From Ranitomeya imitator (taxonomy: Eukaryota), in contig NC_091288.1 of the NCBI RefSeq assembly GCF_032444005.1, positions 214,706,001 through 214,770,000 on the forward strand: a stretch of 64,000 nt of DNA, read 5' to 3'. How positions within the stretch are numbered: position 1 is the stretch's first letter; every line of letters starts with the position of its first letter. Of this stretch, positions 25,279 through 35,884 are shown piece after piece. The position numbers and the translations under genes were made by a program. The notes beneath the pieces are model-generated. The model saw nothing but the letters and a program-made list of their open reading frames with translations. It did no database searches and was not told the DNA's origin.

Positions 25279-25373
25279 GTAGATACAAGTCATGGTACCA
25301 GACTCATTATTAATCATGAACAAGCTGGTAGAACCAATACTGACCATAAGAACCTCATTGATTTATCCAACAG

Positions 25374-25691
25374 GCATCATGGAATCTCTACGTCTGGTAG
25401 ATGGGACAAGCCACTGTGATGGAAGAGTGGAGGTCCTGCAGAACGATACCTGGGGCAGAGTGACAGACCATCAATGGGACATCAAAGATGCGCAAGTTGT
25501 GTGTACACAGCTACACTGCGGAGAAGCCATTGATTCGTTTACTATAGAAGGGCCAGCGCATGGAATGATACAATGGGACAGCATCATATGTCAAGGAAGT
25601 GAGAGTGACATAACAGAGTGCTTGAAGACCCAACCGAAGGCTTCAGATGCCTACACAGACATCAGGAGAGATGCAGGAGTCATCTGCTCAG
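25374..25691 (+). CDS. SRCR gene exon 7 (SRCR domain 6, 6 Cys)
   Basis: CCAACAG| acceptor, LRLVDGTSHCDGRVEV..DAQVVCTQLHC..DAGVICS, donor G|GTTGGA. Confidence 0.92.
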
Positions 25692-26012
25692 GTTGGACAT
25701 TTTCCCTCTTTTTTCCAATGTGGCAATATGAACCCAGTCTAGCGATGAGCAAAAATATCCGCAGGACCACGAAGACATCACTGTGAACCTCCTTTTATCT
25801 ACTGGCATACTCGGCACTTTTTCTGACTGGTGAGACAGGCACGACGTCATTGTCACGACGTTGTGTTGAACCTACTAATCAGAAGAAGAATAAGGTTCAC
25901 ATGGTTCTTGTCTGCCAGCCATGGACTACTATTATAGCTGCTGGAACTTGGTCCTGCAGATCTTTTTTGTACAATACGAACCCTGGCATATAATTCCTTT
26001 TTACCAATGCAG

Positions 26013-26321
26013 AGAGTCGAAGTGTTCAGCTGGTGGACGGCCCTGGACATTGTGCTGGGACGGTGCAGGTATATCACAGAGGACAAAGGTCCATGGTCAG
26101 TGGTGACTCGTGGACCACGACCGAAGCTGATGTCGTCTGCAAAGAGCTGAAATGCGGACGTGCCATTAATGCCACTACTGTGGTGAAGAACAGAGTCGGG
26201 AACGTATGGCTGAAGGATGTAAGATGTGCAGGACATGAAAGCAAATTACAGGAATGTCCTTCAAACTCATGGAGACAGGTGGAGTCTGGAGAAATGGAAG
26301 TTGCAAGACTTGTGTGTTCAG
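26013..26321 (+). CDS. SRCR gene exon 8 (SRCR domain 7, 6 Cys)
   Basis: AATGCAG| acceptor, VQLVDGPGHCAGTVQV..ADVVCKELKC..ARLVCS, donor G|GTAAGA. Confidence 0.92.
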
Positions 26322-27032
26322 GTAAGATGGGGAGTCCTTCTATACAGTCCTGAAGCCTAAACCAGTCCATAAGGGTTCATCTTTGAAGCCTAAAATGTGG
26401 AAATTGTCCCTGAAGGACTTATACCTTCGTGGCAAAGAGCTGAAATCAAACACCTCCTAATCTGGGTATGGACAGGGAACTATAGGATGGACTTGTCTCC
26501 TCCTCAGTGGTGGGACCATGGTTTATCTTGAGTACAGCCACGTCTTTATCCATTCCTTATCATCATTGTGAGATTTTACATTTTTGCACTCTCTCTGGTG
26601 CTATTCAAAAAAAGACGAGACCAATAAAATTAACTGTTAGAACTTGTATTATGCTCCAGAGCTGCATTCACAATTCTGCCAGTTGTTAGTTGAAACAGTC
26701 AGCAAGCGGGTCACAAGGCCTACCTCCAGCTTAGCTCAATTTCAGTAATAAATGACGGACAGAAAATTTTTCAAACAACCTGTAACTTCACGGAACGCAA
26801 TCCAACGAGAACAAGTCAGAAACGTGTAATCAGACAACCCTCACAGCTTCATTGACCTTATATAATGCAATTTTGGGGGGAATTTTTTTTACGATGTAGA
26901 AAAAAACTAAGAGAATTTATCTAGAATGTGAATCACCGGACCCCAAATAAGCAGGAATGCTGAGAGATTTCAGCTCTGAAGCAGAATGTTGGTGAAAATA
27001 ACGTCTTATGGTTTTGATTTATTTTTCGGCAG

Positions 27033-27758
27033 AGTTCCTAGACGTCCGGCTGCAGGGAGGAGATAACAGATGCAAAGGACAACTGGAAATTTACAATAAT
27101 GGAAGCTGGGGATGGGTTTGTAACAACATGATGACAACTCATGGCAAAAAAGAAAAAGTAGGCGCGCACTTACCCTGTTGCGGTGAATATCACTTTATTA
27201 GGACATATAAACAAACGGATAGCAGGGAGGGATAGGGTCAGCCACGGACAACGATCGTTTCGTGCTCTACGGCACTTCAACGGGTAGGACCGTAGAGTTT
27301 ATATGTCCTAATAAAGTGATATTCACCGCAACAGGGTAAGTGCGCGCCTACTTTTTCTTTTTTGCCATTTGGATTCTGCACACATTTTTCCTGGCAGCAG
27401 CACCCCGTTGATTCAGGTGTAAAGGATTCATACAGCCAGTATCACTTTCTGTGGTGCTAGACCGATATTATAATACGGTCACTGAGTTGGACCTTTGAGC
27501 AGTGCGGATGTGTGTTTTCTCTACTATTGGATGATGACAACTCATACCGTCTCTCTCATATGTAAGCAGCTAGGGTGCGGATCAACCGGGATATACCAGG
27601 AAGGGGCCGTTACACCTGATGAGGATGCTGCCCACTTCTGGATGGAATTTATTAAGTGTAGACATCGTGACCAATTCCTCAAGGAGTGTCCTTCAGCTGC
27701 CTGGGGCAAGAAGAAGTGCGATACTAAGGCTCAGATCCAGTGCACACTATCGACTTGA
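27033..27758 (+). CDS. SRCR gene exon 9 (SRCR domain 8, e-type-like), interrupted by an insertion
   Basis: 27033-27142 joined to 27546-27758 gives EFLDVRLQGGDNRCKGQLEIYNNGSWGWVCNNMMTTHTVSLICKQLGC...IQCTLST*. With the insertion removed, exons 1-9 total 2631 nt (877 codons); with it, the frame stops at 27235. Confidence 0.85.
27143..27530. mobile_element. Penelope-like retroelement terminal fragment (388 bp) with 15-bp TSD
   Basis: ATGATGACAACTCAT at 27128-27142 and 27531-27545; inverted repeat 27141-27212 / 27297-27368; hammerhead-like motif in the loop. Family assignment is inferred. Confidence 0.8.
27240..27296 (-). ncRNA. Degenerate minimal type-I hammerhead ribozyme motif
   Basis: Minus strand: CTACGG-tcct-AC CCGTTGA a GTGC cgtaga GCAC GAAA CGATCG TT GT-CCGTGG; stem II pairs and stem III has a palindromic loop, but the core differs from CUGANGA at two positions. 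Confidence 0.55.
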
Positions 27759-27781
27759 CATAATGCGGAAATCATATAAAG

Positions 27782-27967
27782 CAGTATGCCCCAACTTCCA
27801 TCCTCAAGGGCCACCAAGAGGTCATGTTTTCAGGATATCCTTAGTATTGCTCAGGTGATAATTGCATCACCTGGACCAGCAAGAATTCCATCACCTGTGC
27901 AATACTAAGGAAATCCTAAAAACATGACGTGTTGTTGGCTCTTGAGGGCTGGAGTTGGGAAACACTG
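27782..27967. mobile_element. Palindromic MITE (hAT-like)
   Basis: Imperfect inverted arms CAGT..CCCAACT.C..CCTCAAG / CTTGAGG.CTGGAGTTGGG..CACTG; same family as 46511-46672. Confidence 0.8.
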
Positions 27968-28212
27968 ATATAAAGAGTCCGGAATCTTAACGGGCAAGTG
28001 ATGGAGCTTACGTTTCACCATGGCCTGAGGCACACGAGCAGAACTAGGATCAAAAATTCTGATCTCCAACTACAGATATTACATCAAAAATTTATTACAC
28101 ACCAAAAACAAGTAGCATGTGTGATTCTATGTGAGGTCCACATAATGTTTACATGTATTGAGCATAAATAAATATATGCAGAAGATAACCAGATTATATG
28201 CACATATATAAT

Positions 28213-29988
28213 TACACACATGGACAAAATTGTTGGTACCTTCAATATCAGTAATGAGAATCAGACTTTGCTTTTTGAATTTTGGCTCAACAGAAAAATA
28301 ATAAACGAATGACTCCGGCCTGGACAAAAATGGTGGACCCTTTAACTTAATATTTTGTTGTCCAACCTTTTGAGACAATCACTGCAATCAAACGATTTCT
28401 GCAACTATCGATGAGACTTCAGCACCTCTCCACAGGTATTTTTGTATACTCCTCATGAGCAGACTCCTCCAGCTAAGATTTTAAGGGTGGCATCTCCAGA
28501 CTGAAGGTCTTAGCTCCTTCCACAGATGTTCTGTAGGGTTTAGATCAGGGCTCCTAGAATCCACTGTAGGACAGTCCAAAACTTTGCTCTTACCCATTCT
28601 TGGATGGTTTTAGCTGTGTTTTGGGTCATTATTCTGCTGACCTACAACTCAGACCGAGCTTTGTGACACAGCGGCCGGAAAGCAGAGGGGTGACGTCACC
28701 GCTCTGCTTTCCGGCTGACCGACGCTCACAGCCAGAGCAGGAGGAGTGCAGAGCACAGCGCTGGAGGACAGACAGCTGTAGGTAAGTATGTAGTGTTTGT
28801 TTTTTTTACTTTTAGGATGGTAACCAGGGTAAACATCGGGTTACTAAGCGCGACCCTGCGCTTAGTTACCCGATGTTTACCCTGGTTACCAGTGAAGACA
28901 TCGCTGAATCGGTGTCACACACGCCGATTCAGCGATGTCTGCGGGGAGTCCAGCGACCAAATAAAGTTCTGGACTTTCTTCCCCGACCAGCGACAGCACA
29001 GCAGGATCCTGATCGCTGCTGCCTGTCACACTGGACGATATCGCTAGCGAGGACGCTCAACGTCACGGATCGCTAGCGATATCGTCTAGTGTGACGGTAC
29101 CTTAAGTGTGACGGTACCTTAAGTCTGGTGTTCTTTTCTTTGTAGGTTTCATATTTGTTTCTGTAAATATAGAGCTGATGTGAGGTCGAAAAGCTCCAGG
29201 TTTGTCCCATCTGTCCAAAGGACATTTTCCCAGAAATGTTGTGGCTTGTCAACATGAATTTTGGCAATTTCCAGTTTTACTTTCTTTACGATTTTCTTTC
29301 TTGGTTTCTTCCTCGGTTGTCTTCCATGAAGTCCACTTGGCCAAGACAGCAATAGATGATGCGACCTGACAGCGATGGACCTTGACCTTGGAGTTCACCT
29401 CTAATCTCTCTTGCAATTGTTCTGGGATCCTGGGGTACCATTCATATTGTCCGTTTCTTCAATTTGTCATCAATTTTTCTCTTGGGGGACACATCCAGGT
29501 TGGTCGGTTACAGCCCCATAGACCTTAAAACTTCTGAATAAGATGTACAACTGTAGTAACGGGAACATCACGTTATTTGAAGAAGTCTTATAGCCTTTAC
29601 CCTTAACATGTTTGTCTATAATTTTCTCTCTCTCTCTGGCTTTCTTTGCTCCATGTTTAGTGTCGTAATCACAATGATACCAAACAGCACAGTAACTACT
29701 TTTCACCCTGTAAATAGGCAACGGACTGATTACAAGTTTATAGACATCCGTTCTGCTAATTGCAGGACACACGTTAGTTTTACATGTCCCTACAGTAAAA
29801 TTATTTTCAATCTGTCCTAGGGGCACCATCAATTTTGTCCAGGCCAATTTCAATAGTTTTGTTTTTTTTTTCTGTTGAACCATACTTCAAAAACAAACTT
29901 TGATTCTCATTATTGATATTCAGTAAATTTTAATCGAAAATTACTTTTGTGAGTTATTTCAGCAACAATTCTTTTTTTCCTTACTGTA
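28213..29988 (-). mobile_element. Degenerate Tc1 element with both sub-terminal inverted repeats
   Basis: About 28240-28340 is the inverted match of about 29820-29930; transposase remnants HVDKPQHFWENVLWTDGTNLELF. Ends approximate. Confidence 0.85.
28665..29122. mobile_element. TTAA-ended MITE fragment nested in the Tc1, terminus duplicated
   Basis: Internal palindromic segments (GTAACCAGGGTAAACATCGGG..CCCGATGTTTACCCTGGTTAC); ends with GTGTGACGGTACCTTAA twice. Confidence 0.75.
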
Positions 29989-30429
29989 CCATAATAGTAC
30001 CAACTACTGTATCCATGAGGGTTCATACAGAAAATACCCAGGTTATACCCGTGTTGTCCATATTACTGGATGCTGGAGATGCAGAGGTTATAGCAGTATG
30101 ATATACTGTACAGTATGACGTATATACAGGGTTTATTAGAATAGAATATCTGTTGCGCTATGATTACAGCTGTGAGGGAGCGATGAGGTTGATAAGAGTC
30201 GTATAGTAAATTTCTTGGTATAAATACTTGACTTTACCCTCTATCTGAACAAATATAGATAACACACACCTCAGCCACAGCAATAAATCATGGCTCATCT
30301 CATAACTACGGTGCTTGTAAAGGGCAGAATATATTATTATCAGCAAGGAAACCATCAGTTCTCAGAGTTGATGCACTAGAAAACAGGAAAAATGGGTAAT
30401 TGTAAGGATCAGGGCAACTGTAAAAGAGG

Positions 30430-31810
30430 ACAGATATATGGCGGGTCTTGAGGGGCGTTCCCATGCACACGGCAGATTTTGTAAGATGTTCCCAGTTCAC
30501 AGCAGCTCTCATGGGTTATTCCCAGTATACAGCAGCTCTTATGGAGTGTTCCAGAGTGTCTTCTTGGGTGGTCCTTGCAGTGGGTCTCATGGGATTTCTT
30601 GATATGACAGGTCTCATTAGGTGTTCCCGCCACATCTTGTGAAATGCTCCCAGTATATGGTGGGTCCTGTAAGGGTGTTCCTGGAATACGGCGGGTCTTG
30701 TAAGATAATTCCAGTATACACTGAGTCAAAGAGGGACGTTCCCGGTATACCCCGGGACTTGTGGGGTATTTCCAGTATATGGTGGTTCTTGTGAGATGTT
30801 CCCAGTATATGACAGATCTTGTATAAGTGTTCCAAGTTTTTGGCGAGTCTTGTGGGATGTTTCCTAATCATGGCAGGTCTTATGAGGTGTTCCAAGCTTA
30901 CCGAAGGTCTTTTGGGGTGTTCCGAGCTTACGGCAGGTCTTCTGGGGTGTTCCGAGCTTACGGCAGATCTTCTGGGGTGTTCCGAGCTTACGGCAAGTCT
31001 TGTGAGGAGTTTTGAGCTTATGGCGGGCCTTGTGGAATGTTCCCTAATTACGCCGGGTCTTGTGGGGTGTTCCAAGCTTACGGCAGGTCTTCTGGGGTGT
31101 TCCGAGCTTACGTCAGGTCTCATGAGGAGTTTTGAGCTTATGGCGGGCCTTGTGGAAAGTCCCCTACTTACGCTGGGTCTTCTGGGATGTTCCGAGCTTA
31201 CGGCAGGTCTTCTGGGGTGTTCCGAGCTTACGGCAGGTCTTGTGAGGAGTTTTGAGCTTATGGCGGGCCTTGTGGAATGTTCCCTACTTACGCCAGGTCT
31301 TCTGGGGTGTTCCGAGCTTACGGCAGGTCTCGTGGGGAGTTTTGAGCTTATGGCGGGCCTTGTGGAATGTTCCCTACTTACGCCGGGTCTTCTGGGGTGT
31401 TCCGAGCTTACGGCAGGTCTCATGGGGAGTTTTGAGCTTATGGCGGGCCTTGTGGAATGTTCCCTAATTACGCCGGGTCTTCTGGGGTGTTCCGAGCTTA
31501 CGGCAGGTCATGTGGGGAGTTTTGAGCTTATGGCGGGCCTTGTGGAATGTTCCCTACTTATGCCGGGTCTTCTGGGGTGTTCCGAGCTTACGGCAGGTCT
31601 TGTGGGGAGTTTTGAGCTTATGGCGGGCCTTGTGGATTGTTCCTTACTTACGCCGGGTCTTCTGAGCTTACATCAAGTCTCGTGAGGAGTTCTGAGCTTA
31701 TGTTAGGCCTTGTGGAATGTTCCCTAATTACGCTGGGTCTTGTGGGGTGTTCCAAGCTTACAGCAGGTCATGTGAGGAGTTTCGAGCTTATGGCAGGTCT
31801 TGTGGGGTTG
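30430..31810. repeat. 30-bp minisatellite with 90-bp higher-order structure
   Basis: Spurious ORF repeats GLVECSLLTP-GLLGCSELTA-GLVGSFELMA. Confidence 0.9.
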
Positions 31811-32579
31811 CTCCCAGTAGCTTGCTGTGCATAGGGAAGACTGGTAAGACTGCAGATGAATTAATGTGGCAGATACCACAGGACACAATATTTTATGGCA
31901 TCCATGCCTCAACCAGTTACAGCAGGAAGGGACAGACACATTATTAGGCAGCCAGCCTTAATGTTATGGCTGATCAATGAACATATCCTGCTCTCCTATC
32001 AGGCTGCAAAAGCAATAATATGGAAAGATGTGCAATTACTACATGGAGACTCGAAACCTCTGAAATACTCTGTGCTTCTGAGAAACGCAGCTGTACTCCA
32101 CTATTTGTAGAATCAAAATCGCTTCTAATGAAACACTGAAAGCCTAAAAGTCTGAGCATCTGCCACTTCCCTTGGATGAAAAGAAGAATGCCATGACCCA
32201 TAGGCATGCTGAGGGTTGTAGTTCCTCAACAGTTGCAGATCCCTGTTCAAAAGAAAAATTCCAGCTATTATGTCAAGCGTCCATTATATATCAAGGAACC
32301 TAAACTTCAAAGTCAGAAAGCAGGAAAGGAAAGAAAAAAAAAAAGTTCCAATGCAACAACAACACACTATATAATCTGGAATGTAAGTGGCAAAACATCT
32401 CATCTCACCTCCACAGTAATGAGGAAGTCGGGGAAAATCCCAGGGAATAAAACAAAAACACAACCGAGACGAACAAAAACTACAAGAAGAGTCCAACAAG
32501 AATGTGTAAGATTAGAGCAGCGAAACTAGATACACAGACACAAACACTGTAATACAACTCCATGTAACCACACAGATGC

Positions 32580-32917
32580 TATAATACTGCCCCTATGTAC
32601 AAGAATATAACTAGTATAATACTGCCCCTATGTACAAGAATATAACTACTATAATACTGCCCCTATGTACAAGAATATAACTAGTATAATACTGCTCCTA
32701 TGTACAAGAATATAACTACTATAATACTGCCCCTATGTACAAGAATATAACTACTATAATACTGCCCCTATGTACAAGAATATATCTACTATAATACTGC
32801 TCCTATGTACAAGAATATAACTACTATAATACTGCCCCTATGTACAAGAATATAACTACTATAATACTGCTCCTATGTACAAGAATATAACTACTATAAT
32901 ACTGCTCCTATGTACAA
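32580..32917. repeat. 35-bp AT-rich minisatellite, about 10 copies
   Basis: Unit TATGTACAAGAATATAACTACTATAATACTGCCCC. Confidence 0.97.
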
Positions 32918-32919
32918 TA

Positions 32920-34457
32920 GGGAATGAGCTGACATGTTGCATCTGCCTGGACCTTTACACAGGACCGGTGACCCTCTCATATGGACGCAGTTTCTGCATG
33001 GAATGCATTCGAGACACATTCGAAACCCAGGAGGGTTATGGACTCTACTCCTGTCCCGAGTGCAGAGCAAACTTCGAAACACGGCCATTCCTACAAAAGA
33101 GCTTACGGCTCAGTAACATTGTGGAGACTCTCCGGATGACCAAGGCAGAGAACAGCAGAGCCATTCACTGTAGCCACTGCGTCCACTCCATTGTGCCGGC
33201 CATAAAGACCTGCCTGAACTGTGAGGTTTCCCTATGTGCTGTCCATGTAAAGGTCCACAACACTTCACTAGACCATGTGTTGATGGAGCCCACCACCTTC
33301 TCCAAAGACAGAAAGTGCTCGAAACACAAGAAGGTCCTGGAGTATTATTGCACAGACGATGCCATCTGTATCTGTGTGTCATGCCGGCTGGATGGCGACC
33401 ACAGAGGACACTTGGTGGAGACCATACAAGAGGCTTCAGAGAAGAAAAGGGATGGGGAACTGAGACCCATCTTGGAGAAGTTGTCCTCCAGAAGGAAACT
33501 AATGGAGAAGATCCAGGCTCTGAGGGAACACAAGCAAGAAATACACGACAAAGCAGTCAACTTGACGGAGAGGACGCGCGGGCTCTTCAGCCAGATCACA
33601 GAGCAAGTGAAGGCTCTGGAGAAAGAGGTTCTCGGAGAGATCGCCAAACAAAACAAGTTGCTGTCGCTGTCAGTCTCGGATCTGATTCATCAGGTTGAGA
33701 TCCAGAAGGAGACGCTGTCGGCGCAGATTCTGGAGGTCGAACAGTTTTGTTCTCATGCCGATCCATTAACCGTTCTAAGGGAGAAAACCCCATACTACGA
33801 CCTCACTGCTGGAAACTATCCTCAACCGCACGTGAGAAACCTGGACGAGGGTCCCGTATCTTTGATCTTGCACAGAGGTCTCGGACATGTTGCTAATGTC
33901 TTGTTTGAAGGAGCCAAGAGACAAATTCCCCGGACGATAGAGACGTGTAATGTCATGTTGGACCTCCACACCGCTCACCATAAAATCCTCCTCTCCGGCG
34001 ACCGTACATGTGCCTCTTCTTCTCCTCCTATCTCCTTGAACTATGCGGATCATCCGGAAAGGTTTAGTTCACGGCAGGTGTTAAGCTCCTCCAGATTCTC
34101 CTCAGGTAAACACTACTGGCAGGTGGACTTGAGCAAGGCGCAGAGATGGATTATTCGGGGTGGCCTATGGCAGCATCGAGAGGAAGGTTGACGTTGACAA
34201 GTCGTACATTGGCTATAATGTGAAATCCTGGGGATTGACTTTTCGGAGGTACCTCTCGGCTGTGTACAACAAAACCCACCGGAAGATCGATCGGGAGGCT
34301 CCGCCACAGTCAGTGGGAATCTACCTGGACTTTGACGCCGGACGTCTGTCCTTCTATGACCTCCAGCCGATGAGACACTTGCACACATTCTTTCACCGAG
34401 CCACTCTATGCCGCTTTCTACGTATTTGAGGATTCCCGTATTAGGATTATGAGTTAA
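32920..34457 (+). pseudogene. Intronless TRIM pseudogene (degenerate RING, B-box1, B-box2, coiled coil, frameshifted PRY-SPRY)
   Basis: RING reads CCIC..LSYGRSFCMEC..CPEC; +1 base at about 34156 (WII[c]GVAYG) and an 8-bp deletion after 34390 relative to the paralog at 9569; restored frame ends FTEPLYAAFYVFEDSRIRIMS* at 34457. Confidence 0.88.
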
Positions 34458-34883
34458 CTACAAGCACCAGCAAGACTTTCCAGTCTTTAGCTTCTTAATT
34501 CCACAGTAGGTATGAAAAAAAGTAATGGCACGTCACTTACATAGACCATCGGCAAAAGGGGTTAGACCTCTAGATCCTGATGATCGGAGGTCAGGGTTCC
34601 GATTCATTCTTTCCCAGGGGGAAAATTAAAAAAGCATTGGTTCTTCATCCTTAGGATCAGTTCCTGGTCTCAGAGAGCAGATCGTAAAGTGATGGCGTAT
34701 CCTAGCTATACGCCCTTATAAAAGACACTGCCATACAAATAACATACTGCTTGGAGATCTATTATGTTACATACGAGTCTTAACCTGTCGGATGTGAGAA
34801 CGTTCTGTCCTGTAATAAGTTTATATAATGGACCAGAATTAAATACTCCATGTGTTTTATTTTCGGTGTTGTTTCTATACTGA

Positions 34884-34897
34884 CCACTAGATGGCGC
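34884..34897 (+). promoter_or_regulatory. Candidate CTCF site
   Basis: CCACTAGATGGCGC matches the CCASYAGRKGGCRS core at 14/14. Confidence 0.5.
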
Positions 34898-35884
34898 CGT
34901 AGGTGTATAATAAATTGCAGTCTGCCGCCACAGCGTGTAACAGTGCGGAGGCGTTATTAAGGGGTTAATACATAGTTTGGGTGGGGAGGGGGACACTGTG
35001 CTTATCTTTAGTCCCGAAACAGAATTTTTGTGTCAAGTCTCCAGGAAAACTACCACCGTTGTGTGAAGTCATCGACATAAGTAAAAATCCCCAAAGAAGT
35101 GTGAGTTTTCTGTATGCCGGGTCTAGATCTACCTATATATACAGTGATTGATACAGAAATATGCCTGATCTAACATTGCACCCAAGTGTCGTCGCTACAT
35201 CGATGACGTTCCAGAGAACAGATACAGATCAGACACATTATCGGAGGGGAGTGGTACAAAATGCCGGCAGGCTTTAATAAATACACGCACAATCTAAAAC
35301 GTCGCGCCTTCCACAAACGGCGGCTGAGTCACCGCGAGGTAATCGGTGAAAAGTAAATAAAATATGGGTCCTTGGTAGAGAAGCGACAAGGATTGTACCC
35401 GACGTCATAAGGCAAAGAAGACTGAGGACATACTTTCTATATTGTTTCCTCGCACTGTTAAGATCTCTGCTTGCTGTCATAAGGTGAGCGGGGACGGTCA
35501 CTGTTTACTCTCAGAGGAATAACAGTTCTGGTCATTAGTCAGACATACGTGCACAGCTCGCTGCAGCACATTTATCGATGTGTGTCAGGAGATGGGCAGC
35601 AGTGCGACTGTCACTTGGCCAGGGAGCAATAAATGAAGGGTCTTATTCACTCACATCAAGCAGAGATCTCATGAGGAATCGACATAGAGAGTTTTTAGGA
35701 ACATTGTATCATTTTTCAACGTATAATGAATACCTTTTACTTGGTAAAAGGGTACTATCCCTTTAAAAGGCCGCTCAGATCTCACGGCTAATTCGGTAAC
35801 AGGAACGTGCAGGAAACAGAAGGAGCAACGTCAAATCTAACAGCCAAAAGGAGAGCAAAGAGAAAAAAATGGTCTGTAAGCTGA

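Noticed and set aside
30025-30115. Possible TM exon for the SRCR gene (NTQVIPVLSILLDAG)
   Set aside because: Hydrophobic stretch too short, interrupted by acidic residues, and no upstream donor in exon 9.
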